A DNA stretch of 64,000 bases, taken from the NCBI GenBank assembly GCA_904063045.1, contig CAJFCJ010000048.1, positions 22,194 through 86,193 of the forward strand. The letters run 5' to 3'. This DNA comes from Dimorphilus gyrociliatus (lineage: Eukaryota > Animalia > Annelida). The notes under the pieces are model-generated. The model was not told the DNA's origin, ran no database searches, and saw nothing but the letters and a program-made list of their open reading frames with translations. Shown here in pieces: positions 33,959-47,300 of the stretch; within the stretch, counting starts at the first letter, position 1; each line of letters begins with the position of its first letter. A program made the position numbers and the translations under genes.

Positions 33959-35217
33959 TCATTGATGGATGCTTGCTGTACATTTTCTCTTTTTATTTCT
34001 GACAGAACAGGTCCATACTGTAGTTGTTTTTGTTTTTAATTTTATATTATAGGAATACTCTTTGTGTAAAAGTAAATCTTTTCCTTTTTGACTTCCATTT
34101 TGTAGAATTTTAAAATGAAAATCATTAAAAGAATTTTCTTTAACAGATGTTTCACTTTCAAAAGATTCTTCCTCAATTTGTTCAGATGCTATATTTGAAT
34201 TTTGATTTGTTTGAACATGATCAACTTCAATTTCATTATTAAATTTAATATCACTTCCATTTATGATATTTTCCAAATTATCAATTTCTTCATTTTGCAT
34301 TGCCTTTGGATTGTCATCATGACTGTCATTGGTACTCCATGATAAGGATAATCTCAACTCATCTGTGAACTCTTCAGTACTACTTTGTTGTTCTTGATTA
34401 TTCTCTCTTTTCTCCTCAATATTCTTTTCCAGAATTCTTTCTTCTTCCTCTTTCAGTTTTACCATAAAATTGATGTTTTTTACTTCACTTACTGCACTTT
34501 CCATGCGTTTTTCTGGCTCATCAACTCTCTTTATCATCACCAAACAAGTTCCTTTTCATATTTTAAAACAACTTAAGGAGAATGGTGACTCTGTTGCTGA
34601 ATCTTGAAAAAAATAAATAATATATAGGTTTGAAAAAAACATAATACAAACCTTTCAAACATTTTATATGACAAAGGTGGGAGCACAAAGAGCATTTTCC
34701 TTTAATTTGCTTACCAACAAATTTTTGATTGCAAAGAGAACAATTTTCCATCACTAATTATTGTTTATAAAATACTGAGAGAAAGGAACTGCAAAATTAT
34801 TACAAACAAGTCATTGATTATCCATGTGGAATATGGTATTTTGAGAAAAACATTCAAAAATATTCACAAAATGTTTAAAATTGTTATATTTATGTTATGG
34901 GAAATTATTAATTAAATAATCAGTCAGTTTTGTTATCACAACAATTAAAAAGAACAATACAAACTTGAAAAATTAAAAATTTCACATTACCTCAAGTGAG
35001 TGAAAATAGAAAAGGAAGTTGACAGTTCATAACTTTTTTCCTGAAGATTTCCTAACAAATACCAGTTTTTGTCAAAAAAATATTTATTTCTTACAATTTT
35101 TTTATTATTAATATCTATCTATTTAATTTTATTTAAATTAATATTTTTATTCATGTACATTTTCTGTCAGTTTATGGACGTTTTCTGTCAGTTAATGGAC
35201 GTTTTCTGTCACATCCT
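33959..35217 (-). mobile_element. 5' portion of a MULE (Phantom-like) element: terminus, subterminal repeats and a PHD-like + acidic linker + FLYWCH transposase N-terminus
   Basis: Terminus ggatgtgacagaaaacgtcc with tandem ctgacagaaaacgtcca. CSLCNQ...CSLCSHLCHIKC is spliced to a frame with one TGA. SQKGKDLLLHKEYSY...WTCSVRNKKRKCTAS is FLYWCH-like. Confidence 0.75.
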
Positions 35218-35717
35218 GTTATATTGTATGGTTATCTACAATTTTCTAAAGAGCATCTATATTAAACTGAAGTGCACACAGACAGTTACTGTTTATGCTG
35301 AGAAGGAAATTCTAATTATCATGACATGATAATGTACAAACTTTGAAACAACTCTATTTAGGCTAATGTTAATTGGTTATTTATTTTCAAAATTCAGTCA
35401 AAAATATTATTAATTGCTTTCATCAGAAATTTTACTGTAGACTTAAAATTTAGGAGCCATGCAATCATTTATGCATGTAGCAAAAAGCTTTACACTGCTA
35501 TCCTTATCTCTGCATTGTTTCCGACAATTATAGAGCTGAAAACAAAGGTTCAGTTTCTTTTATGAATACCTAAGGTAACTTACTTTTAGTCCATAGCTTT
35601 TTGCAATCAAATTTTCCATATTCAACTCATTTTGAAGCATGCTTTCTAATTGCTCTCTCTTTTCCATTTCTTTCAAAAATGATCTAAAACTGCTTTCAGA
35701 CAATGGTAATGACAAAG

Positions 35718-36847
35718 GGGGTCAGGACAAAACGTCCCTGGGAAAAAACGTCCCAGGGTGGGAAAAAACGTTCTAATTGTTGGGGAAAAACATCCTAATT
35801 GTTGGGAAAAAATGTCCTAAAGCTTGGGAAAAAACTTCCTATGCCTGGCTAAAGATATACTTGGCATAATTATTGATACTTATAATCAGAAATGTTTTTC
35901 TCTTTTGCTGTTTACTTCATTTATAGAATAAAATATTAATATTTTTGAAGAAAGGTATATGTATTGTGATGTTTTTACCAGTTTTCTCTGAATTATGTAA
36001 TGCTATTAAAAGAGAAATGAATTATTTCCTTGTATTGTCTGTAAGTGAAAGATAAATTTTGCAGTTCTTGGCATATTTTCAGGCTAATTTGTTTTTTAAG
36101 CATTGAAACTCTTGTATTGATTTGGTTTTTTTGAATATTACAAGATTATACATTTTTTTAAGAACCCTTCTCTCCTGTCAGTTATTATTTATAATTTTTG
36201 TATTGGCAGCCATATTTGATATTTGAAAGTTAATTTATTTTTACAGAAACATTGAAAGTACTTGGATTAAGCATTCAATTTGGACACCAAATTGTTAGTC
36301 TGTATTTGGTCTTGCCATCAGCACCAACAATGATGTTGAAGAATGGCACAGAAGAATAAATGAAAATACTCCTGCAAAAGGGTCATTTTATATGCTCATA
36401 GATATTTTAAAACAGGAATCAAGTCTTATTCCAGTTGTAGAGAAACTTCTATCAGAAAAAAGGCTAAAGAAGTATCAGAAGAAAAGTGTCATCCAGAAGC
36501 AGAACCAAGTATTTGCTGTTTGGGATGAATACAGATTGGGAATGGTTACATCTGCTGTCCTCTTGCAGAAGATTGCATTAATCTATTCAAAATAATTCTC
36601 AGTGTCTTAGCATAATTTTTACTTTATTCTAGTAACTTTTAAACTTTGTATAACATTCTTAGCTTTTTTCATTTTTAATACATTTTAATAAACATATATT
36701 CATTATTAATTATTATATTCTCAGTATATTGTCATTGGTTCCCAAAATAGAGCAATCTTTTTAAAATTCAAATATCTTTTCCCACTACTTGTTTTTCCCA
36801 ACCTTGAGACATTTTTTCCCAACCTTAGGACGTTTTTTCCCACACTC
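35718..36847 (+). mobile_element. 1130-bp non-autonomous MULE with a perfect 9-bp TSD
   Basis: TSD ATGACAAAG at 35709-17 and 36848-56. Inverted subterminal gggaaaaaacgtcc arrays at both ends and an internal RTNNDVEEWHRR...FYMLIDILKQES relic. Confidence 0.9.
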
Positions 36848-37329
36848 ATGACAAAGTATGGAGTGAAAGGCAAACAACCAAGCAAATAATTATAAGTTTT
36901 TTCTCCATTTTATCTAGAACAAAACTGATTTGCTTCCAAGCTTAAAACAGGATTGCCAAGGTACTCACACAAATAACTTTCTTGATATAAAATTTTTTGA
37001 TAAATCAGAAAATTTTTAAGAAAAGAAATATTTTTTTGGAGTTTTTGAAATGTTTTGAAAGAGAAAAATAATTTCTAGAAAATACACAATTGGTCACGCC
37101 ACCAAGACACCTTCAGAATCAATAATAATGTAGAGTCCTGGCAGCAGTGATTAAACAGTCACTCTGGCAATAGTATTAATTTTTTTGATCTAATTTCAAA
37201 GTTCAATCTAAAGTTGTTGCTCTTTATGAAAAGCTGTTGTTAGTGTACACAAATATTTTTTGTCAGCTATATTCTACAATAAATAAGTAGTATCTGATAG
37301 AAATAAGCAGTATCCATGTAATTTGGTGA

Positions 37330-37420
37330 CAGGTGAAATCATATCTGGGTGAGACCATACCTGGGCGAAATTGCACCCATTGAGGGTGAATCCAAACCCA
37401 ATAGGGGTGAATCTCTTGCT
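37330..37420. repeat. Short gggtgaa/gggcgaa motif cluster (probable TE subterminal region)
   Basis: Five gg(t/c)ga(a/g) motifs within 90 bp. Confidence 0.4.
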
Positions 37421-38108
37421 ATGACCAAATAAAACTTTTGCTGTTGATACATATGGAAATAAAAAGATATGATATTGTATGTATTGAAGAGCTATTAACT
37501 ATATGTTAACTAATGAAAAGAATAGATAATAACAACTATGGAGTATAAATGTAAGAAGTATAGACTACTAATTCATCAGCTAATATCCTTCCAAGCCTAT
37601 AATCCTCTCATATGTCAAAGATTCTATTCTCTAGATTATCATATTTCTTTCTCTGATATTTGATAATCTTCTCAGAGAGAAGTTTTTCATAAATACAAAC
37701 CAAATCAGCCTCTCTTTTCAATTCATCAATCAATTTATTTATTTATATAAATATTATATTTATATAAATATCCAAATATCTTGTTTTAGTATCATAAATG
37801 TATCCTTTCCAATCATTTATCAACTTGCCCAAGTACTCACACCACATGGAACCTGAATTTTTAATCCAAATGCTTTCCAGATATTCATATAAATCATTGT
37901 ATAAACTTTTATCCAATACTAACGATAACACAATAATCAACTTTAGTGTAAAGGAAGCTTCTCAAATGCTAATAATCTCATAATTAAAAAAAATAGGATT
38001 GAAATTTTAGACGCTCCTGGTATATTAAAAATATTAATTATTTAATATATTTCTCTCTATTCAAAAGTACGATTACATTAAAGGACAAGATTGATATCCT
38101 CTATTATC

Positions 38109-41100
38109 ATGAAGATAAAGGCAAAGATTGAAATCTCCAAATTACTATCATTTATAATTATTCATCATGCTACACAAGTCAAGACAAACAATATTGAAAA
38201 CAAGATTATCTTCAGCTACTACAAGCAGGGTTTGATTTGTGATGATTATTCATGCAGAGGGAGGATAATAGCAGAGATTGAGAGAGTGATTTATCTACCA
38301 TATTTAATGAACTTTGCCAAGAACAGGATAGATACAGTTGATATTAATGCCATATGTTATCAAATGGGATATGATTACTTTTATTCTTATGCTTATAGTT
38401 GTAATTATCCAAGTTTGTTTGTCTACATTTAAAAATACATTGTCTTAACTTGAAGATCTTTCAAAAACAATATAGGAGAAACAAGAGCTGAAGTTTTGAT
38501 AAGATGTTCAAACATTACATCCTGCTCCTTCAACTTTGAGATCTTTAAAACAGCTCATACAATTTACCTGTTTTGTTTGCAGTGTTTTAGCAAAGATAAA
38601 CCGAGTGCGGGCAAAAATTTCTTATATAGTATGTTTAATTGAAAATGTAACTTGTGTAAACTTTCCAGTTTTGTATTCAATATTCAAAACAAATAATTCG
38701 TTTCATGAGATGAATGTAGCGTATTCCAGATACAATTTGAAATCTTATAGATTTTCCATATATGAGAAAGATCAACATTTTGCAATGGAATTATGCAGAG
38801 ATGGATTCTTTTTTGATAGAGAAACCTCCATTCTAAAAGCTGAACAGATAAGCGAAAAGGAAATGATGATTTTTGATGGAGGAGAATTGAAAAAAGTTGA
38901 ATATAATAATAGAAGAGGAATTTCAAATTTATCTTGTTCCAAATCTGGCAAGTTGTTCCTTAGAAATTATCAATTACTAAATGAATCAGATATTACACTG
39001 ACTAGTTCGAGAAGAGTTACTCTGGTTAACTGGATAAATCATTCACCTCTATTTGTCTTTTTCAAACAAGATTCTTCCCAGATAAGCAATGTAAATGAAG
39101 CGAGAACAATCTGCAATCATTTTTCAATGGATCTTAATGTTGATACCAAGCTTTTTAGTGACCAATTTCAAATTGATTTGCAATTTCACAACAAAAGAGA
39201 GACTTTTCAATGTTCAGAAAAATCTGTTTCCCTTAAAGAATGCAACCGCAATCTTTCATATCAGAAGGGTTTGAGAATTTTGTTCTTCGAATGCCAAAAA
39301 CCTTCCAATGAAAGCAATTATTCAATAATCTATTTTCAAGGTTTGTTTGAAACCTTGTTAGACTGGTACAGGATTGGAATTCTAGCGAAATAAATTTATT
39401 TCTTCAGGATATCCAATAGGATTAGCACCAGTAGGAATAAAAAGAAATATCAGAGGTGAAAAAGAGGGCAATCTATTGGCAAGTATAAGCATTTCTGGTT
39501 TTATATATCATTTTATAATTTCAATAAACACGATGCAAATGTCTGTAATACATTGAAAACACGAATTTATATATTTGCACATATGAATAAACTTTATTAT
39601 GTTTGTCCAGGTGGTTTGTAAGAGTTTTGGCTTTAAAAATGGCTATACAGTAGCCAGACCAAGCAAGGGCAAACTCAGATATTATATATTTTCTATAAAT
39701 TGCCCAAAAGAGGCTAAACACCTTGAAGACTGTCTTATAGAACATTTGTTTGATAAAGTAAACCTGTATAAGCTAATGCACATTTCTTTTCATTTGGCTT
39801 GTAATAATTTTGAGATGAATGGTAAAGGAAAATTTGAATAATGTAGCAAACATAAAATGCTAAAATTAATCTCTTTCTCCATAATTCCCACTTTTTAGTT
39901 TGTCCTCAAAATTTGCCAGCAAATAAGAGTTTTTTCATTGAAGGTAATTGTCTATATTTTTACAACAGTAAAACAAAATTGACATTCAAAGAACAAAATG
40001 ATTTCTGCAAAAATAAATATTCTATTCTTTTATCTCCAATCAATTTCCATGAAATGTACATTTTCTCAGCAATGTTGATGGGTTATAAACTGGTAGCAAG
40101 CTCTAGTAATATTGCTCTGAGTAAGAGATCTTGTTTACAACTCAACAGCTTTCTTTAAGTTTTCATTTGTTCAGGTAAGAAAGAAATATATTTGGAAACT
40201 GGTAGAAAAATTATTCTAAATGGTTATAACGTATCTTATCATTTAATTGGACATAATTTCTTATCAGTCAAGTATTTTTCTGTATATAAACTGTATATAT
40301 TCATCCCTAACCCTTTTAAAAAAATTGATGTGTCAAGGTCATATTCTCAAGTTAATTTTCAAAGTATTTATAAGAGGACCATTATCCAAAATGAGCTCTG
40401 CCCATACATTTTAACCTCCTCTGACTTACCTACAAAATACTCTTTCTACTTTTCCATCAGATGGAAGGATTGTAAATTTTTAAGACATTCAGCATTCACT
40501 TGTCAAATACATATTGGTACAATTTACCTTACTCAACCATCATCGTGTCGTTAGGGAGAGGAAGAGGCTGTCCTATTTGTTTTGCAGTAGATTGATTATA
40601 TTATTAGGCTTAAGACTATAAACAGGTTGATTCATACTCTGCAATACTGCTGTAGAGTCTCTTTTTCTACTCTTCGAATTTGTTGATCAATCTTTAAATG
40701 GATAGACTTCTACAAAACTTACAGGTAATCAAGCTGTCGAGAGGCATCCGCCAATTTTGCAACATTGTCAACTGCAAAACTTTTCTCAATGTAACAAGTA
40801 TGGATTCATATGCAAATTTGATTTATACTGTATCAGTATCAGATCTAGGTGTGATGGTTATTTTGATTGTATCGATAAGAGCGATGAAGCCAACTGTAGT
40901 TTTATCCATGAGTTAAATTTTCCAATTTCGAAACGAACTGTTCATCCATTGTATATCTGCGATTATTATAATGATACACAAACTGCAGAAGATGAGATAT
41001 TTTGCAGTATTTGTTTACATTTTTTGCATTTTTATGTGATTTATAGTTATTTTTCTATGGACATAGAATTTCCAACCTGCAAAGGGAATGACAGGTAGCC

Positions 41101-44066
41101 AATTGGATTTGACTTAGGATTACAGTAATAAACTGTATACCAAAACAGAAAATGTAAGAATCATTACTGCATTGATGCCAGGAAATTTTGCAACAACGAA
41201 AGGGACTGCACTGACTACAGCGATGAAGATTGCAGTAGTAAATGAAACAGAATTAACTAAACTAACAGCCATATATAAAATATATTAAACAGATAATTGC
41301 AGTCCAAAACAATACAGGTGCCAAGATGGAAGTTGCCTGCCCAACTCTTATAAATGCGACTGGAAAGTCGATTGCAGTGATACTTTAGATGAATATCATA
41401 ATTTATGCAATCATATCGATAGATATTATCATAGTGTTTCCCTACCAAAACATAATAAAGATCAATTTCTTTTTGACTCTCGGCCAATAGGAAATGCTTC
41501 TTGCACATTGAAATACAATTCGATGGATTTCCTTCTCAGCCAACCGCATATTCCATTTAGAGACCTGCAAAATTGCCACTCTAACAATCAGTGCAAATGC
41601 GGTGAATATAAATGTAAACAATTCAATTATTGCATTGCAGTAGATAGAATTTGTAATGGAATCTCTGATTGTCTGCTAGGAGATGATGAACTTCAATGCG
41701 GTATTAATTGATTTTGTTCATTCAAGTTTTATACATATTATTTACAATAAAATGTCATTTTAACAATCCAACTTAGACGTTTTTACTACTACTGCCAATG
41801 GATTCTTTAAGTGTAGAAAGGAAGTGAAATTACTTAAACCGTCTGAAATTTGCGATGAAATACCCAACTGCAAAGACGGATCAGATGAGTCATTTTGTGA
41901 ATTGTTTATTTGTCCCGATTCCTGTTTGTGTAAGAGTCCATTTCAAATGGAATGCAATAGAAAACTACCGGAAATAATTCCGAAAACGATAAGAATCTTG
42001 AAACTGCTTAGTCACGGAGAGTTTGTTGTTGGTTTGAACAACGATAATTCAATTAATTATCAATTAATATATTTGGAAATATTTTTGAAAAATTCAAGTT
42101 CTTTTCAAAATTTCTCTTTATTGAAATATCCAAATATTCATTATTTAGACATGAGCAGAAATATGATTACAACATTTTCCAGTCATATTCTAATGATTCG
42201 AGAGAATTTAAATTATTTGAATTTAAGTAGAAATAACATAAAAGATTTGAGTAGTATCAACTTGAATAATCTAGTTAATCTCTTTATGTTGGATTTGTCT
42301 TATAATGGAATAAGAATATTGCTGTTGAGTACTTTTAAAGAAACTGTAAATTTAAGAAACTTGAATTTGAAGGGAAATTCAATTGTGGATATTCAAAAGG
42401 AAGCACTTAGTTATCTTACCAAATTAGAATCCTTAATGATATATGTAGATATAAATCTTATATTCTCATTAACTGTTGACTCTTTCAACAATTTAAAATC
42501 ATTAAAGTTCTTACAAACTAACTATTATTTCATTTGTTTGTATACCAAACAATACGGAGGAGAAAGAGAAAATGTCATCTGCTACTGGAAATTTTCAATA
42601 TTTAAACGGTTGACCCGGATCAATTTAATTTTATTTACAAAACTTTTTTTTGGTCTGCTGCTAACATTTTCAATTTTGTTGATTTCATTGAATATTTTAA
42701 GCCTATATTTGGGATATGAAACAAAATTCAATTATAACAATATTACATTCCTCCTGAATGATATTTTAATAACTGTTCATGTATTATTTAACCTTATTTT
42801 AATAATTGAATATTCAAAAGATGATTTCAGTAGTTATTTTAGGAAATGGGTGAAAAATGAAATTTGTTTACTATGCCATTCATTCATTAACTTTTCAACA
42901 GTGTCATTTTTTCTCACACATACATTGCATTACTCATTTCTGATTATGAATAAGCATAGCACTCAGTCCTTACAATTAATCTTCATGATGAGATGTCTTT
43001 CCGTTGCCTTATCAATGATAATCACATGCATTTTAGGGTTTTTCTTTAAAGCGAACACTATAAATTGCTTATATCTCTGCTCTTATCTCGTTTTGTCGGT
43101 TGCTGATAATACATTTTTCATTCGCGCTCTATTGGCTTTTCTACTCATTTTTCCTCTTCTTTGCCTTTCTTTTATCCTAATAACAAACATTGTTATGAAA
43201 ATACCAACAATTAGGTCAAGATATGGAAATTTTTTACTAATACGGTTTACCTGTTTTATCTTGAGTATTTTAACTATTCAAATTTTGGGTAAAAAATATT
43301 TGAATTCATTTTGGCAAACAGACAAAATCTGTGATAAAATTCTCTTCCGTTTTGTTTAGGTTACACTTTGAAGGATAAAGAACTCATCAATGAATTGAAA
43401 TATATTATAAATTCTTCTCTAATTCTACCGATCATCTATAACTGTTCCTGCATTACTGTCTTTAAACGATTGGTCTCTTATTGCCGGCAAAAAAGTTGTT
43501 ATAACAGGTATAAGTTTAAGTCATTTTCAACAGCACACAAACTTTGACAGATTCAATTGATAGATTAAGGAAAAAGAAGGAATTCTATAAAACTACAATA
43601 TTTCCAAGTAGGTTCTTTAAGTTCAAAAATCATAACTTTTGGAATCTTTAAAGTTGTAATTGACCGTATAGTAGTAGAGCTCTGCCACGAAGAGTTAATC
43701 CTACGGGAAAAGACCATTTTTCCCATTAAAAAAAACTATAAATACCCTTTCGAAATTAAAGTTACAATTGAAAATGTATTTCTACTGTTGGAGAGAGTTC
43801 ATAAGAATTCTCTGTTTATTGGCAAAGATATTGAAAGCGTGTTACTTTTGACAGAGGTGATCCTAGTACAACTTTTTCTAACCCAGTTTGTTCTAAAGGA
43901 TTCTTACATCTATCCTTCATTCACTCATTAACAGAATAATGTAAATGCAATAATAAACAGCTTGGAATTTTGTGCTTTCAATGACAATAATCAACGTTTA
44001 AACATCAATGGTGTAGGACTACTGCTAAGGAATTTACTAAGACAGTACCACATTCAAAAATTGTAG
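38109..44066 (+). CDS. LGR/GRL101-like receptor paralog A: degenerate SRCR, SRCR, CTL, at least 5 LDLa, LRR, divergent 7TM, kinase-like tail (multi-exon)
   Basis: AICYQMGYD and VCKSFGF...INC (SRCR); GNCLYF...FC (CTL); CDGYFDCIDKSDE and CDEIPNCKDGSDE (LDLa); LxxLxLxxN LRRs. Tail exons at 43360-43507, 43564-43607, 43654-43856 and 43935-44066. Confidence 0.8.
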
Positions 44067-44313
44067 GATGAATTCGTGTTTGTTGTAGTACTGAAGTATT
44101 TCTTTTAAAAAATAAACTGTAAATAGAAAAGAATCACCCAAACCAATCAATCAGTAGGGAACAAAAGGATGGCATAGAATTTCAATATTTTAATTTCATC
44201 TAAAATATGAATAAAACTAATAAGTTTATATTAAAAAAAAGTGTTTACTCAGTTGTTTGTCTATTCTTTCAAAATTTCAAATATAAGATAATTTTGAAAA
44301 CTTAGTGATTGTA

Positions 44314-47300
44314 ATGATTTTTAAATTATTCCTAATTACTTTCTGCAAGTGGGAAGTGTTGACTCAAAACTATGAATACTATGACTATTCTGCCAGTGTA
44401 GAAAAAATAGATTTCCATCCGACATTTTCTTTTTACATTTCTTTTATATTTTCTAGAATCTAATTGAAAATTTAATAGGAAAATTCAAATTGGAAAATGC
44501 AACTTGTACATCAAAATTCTGTTTTGGAAATTTATACTATATTGAGAAGACTAGCAAGAGAAGAGTCGTGCACGATATCAATACTCAATCGCGTATTGTT
44601 TTCAGTAAAATTTGCGGTCTAATGGAATATGATCAATTAAGAATTGAAGTATATTCTTTCCTAAACCATCATCATACTCAACAAAAATTAACCAATCAAA
44701 AGAAATATCCTGAAATCTACATATTTCATAATGAAAACACAAATCAAATTCTCTTTCATCTGACAAACATTCCTAAGCCTACTGTCCCTATTGATCTAAA
44801 GTGTTTTTTCACAAATTATACATGTATTTGTTCAGTTTTTCCATTGTTTGTAAATTATACATTCCCATATTTCTCTCCTCTCTTCCCCTCTTTCTCTCTC
44901 TCACGCTCTCTCTAGATTATTATACCGTTTACCACACGCTGGAGGCAATCAATTATTACAGACGATTTAATAACACGTCGTCTGTCAATTGCAAACTGGA
45001 CAAACCTTGCAAAAATGGAACTGATATTGTTACGTTTTTACCGCAATATTTTCAAAAATCTGAAGAATTGTTTACAAGAGATATTGTGGAAAATATTTCG
45101 CAATGTTCAATAGGATTTTGTTCACAGAATTCAAACAAAAATAAAAGTTCATTTAAATGGATTAAAGATTGGAATGAAAATGGAAATAATTGGTCCGATA
45201 ATCCAAGCTCTATTGATTTACTAATTCCAAACTATTGGGCATTCAATGATGAGATATTGACTCCTCTATTGATTGAATTTAAAGACAATTATCAACTGTT
45301 GAACACTCTATCAACAATATGCCGACAACATAATAAGCAATTTCACTATGTTCATTCTGGAAGGAAAACATACATGCTATTCAATTTTTATCATTTATAC
45401 TTTAGCGAGAATCTTATACAGACAGTCACATGCTCTAGAGTTAGAAGAACGACCAAGGAATGTCACCTAGTCCAACAACAGTTTAGATTCTATGATCATT
45501 ATGGTGTAAAGTTGAAATGTTTTAGCAAAACTCTACAGTCTCCTTTTCCTCCTTTCGGTGAGAGAAGATTATAGTACGTAGGGAAAAATGGTGAGGGGGT
45601 TGACAGACTTACTCTAATCCAAACTGTTGCAACTTCCAACCAAGTTTTTCCTTTGTATTCATAGTATTAATGATAATAAGACCATTGACGATGCTCTTCA
45701 TTAGATAATTCTCTTAGATTAAGTAATTTTCATGCTAAGTTGTACTCATCCAATCTGTCAAATCACAATGTTTTCACTGGAGAATTACAAATTCTCTATC
45801 AAGGATTTTGGTATCAAATATCTCTCCTGGGTTCAACTCACAAGGAAATTAATCTCATTTGCAAACACTTTCATTTTAAGAGAGGAACTGTTCATGTTCA
45901 AGAAAATGTTGACGTCATGGAAAATTTCCCTCTAGTGACTTTATCATGCTCAAAAGAAGCCAGAGACATCCGTGATTGTTCTATTAATAATTTTATGGAA
46001 CCTTTTCTAGTTGGAACAATGTCATTAACTGTTTACTGTTCTAAAATGACGATGGTCGACTGCAAAGAAACATCGAATGAAACTGCAACTATATTTAAAT
46101 ATCTAAATAGTTGTTATTACCTATACAGATTTTCGAATATAGTGAATTTTAACAAAGCTGAACAGTGGTGTTTGTCAAAAGGAAAGAGATTGGTAGGAAT
46201 AACTGACCAGGACGAAGCTAGATTTCTAGAAAATGCTCTCATGTCGTGTAACTTGAATGTTAGTAAAAATTTGATGGAAAGTATAAGAAATTTTAGACTG
46301 CAATGGAAAATTCCTACTGGTTGAGTAGACAAACTATTATTTTTCAAAAGTGTTAACAGTTTGTTTGTTCTCTTACAAACACTCAGGGACAATAAATGGT
46401 AAAGGTAAAGTAGATACTTATGCCACTAGCGATGGTATTTCCTACAATTTAGCTGCAATGTGGGCCATAAAAGCATCCATAGCAAACAAAAGGTATACGT
46501 TTATTTGTATCCTTTTCAAAGTATGTTTTTAATATCATAATTACAATGAAAAGGTGTACAATCAACGTAAATGAACCACATTTCACCTGGTACAGTAATC
46601 CTTGCACAAGGCTTCAAAAATATCAGAAATTCAATTACTATGGTCTCTACTCAACAGATTGTTCAAAAACTCTGTTCAAGAATATCTTTTGTGAACAAGA
46701 AATGGGTTAATTAGAAAAAAAGAATTTGAACAATTCGCAAATTGTTTCCCTTTTTATTCAGCTCTTTTAATTCATTTTTTTTCTTTTTCAACAGATTTCA
46801 TAAAGTCTGATGATAATAAAAATAAAATCATTGACTATCGTCAAAGTATTGCTCATAATGAAAATCTTGTTAACTCGGCTGTTAAGACAACTTATAGACA
46901 TATAAATGAAAGTTTACGTAAATTGTTTGAATGTAAAATATCAAAGGAATTTATAAGTTTAATCTTCAAATGTGATAATTTTAACGATTGCCAAGACGGT
47001 TCTGACGAAGAGCACTGTCCAAATCTTGGAAAATTATCTGGTACTTTTCGATGTGATAATGGTACAAAACTGCTTGGAGTTGTTCACCTGTGCAATTATT
47101 TAAATGATTGCTTGGATAAATCTGATGAGAAGAATTGTTGTAAGTATTCTTTTGTTCATGTAGCGTAGAAAATAATTGAATAAAGGTAAGGAAGGATTTT
47201 CTCTTTTTAGACTTTGAAAAATGTAGCAACTACTTATGGTAAGTAAAAATTTAGTGACTGTCCTATCTAACCTTGACCGATATTTAAAGGACTTGCCATA

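Noticed and set aside
37743-37940. MULE-like peptide YLESIWIK...W in a track ORF
   Set aside because: It overlaps a family B repeat copy (37800-37870), so the peptide similarity is probably coincidental.
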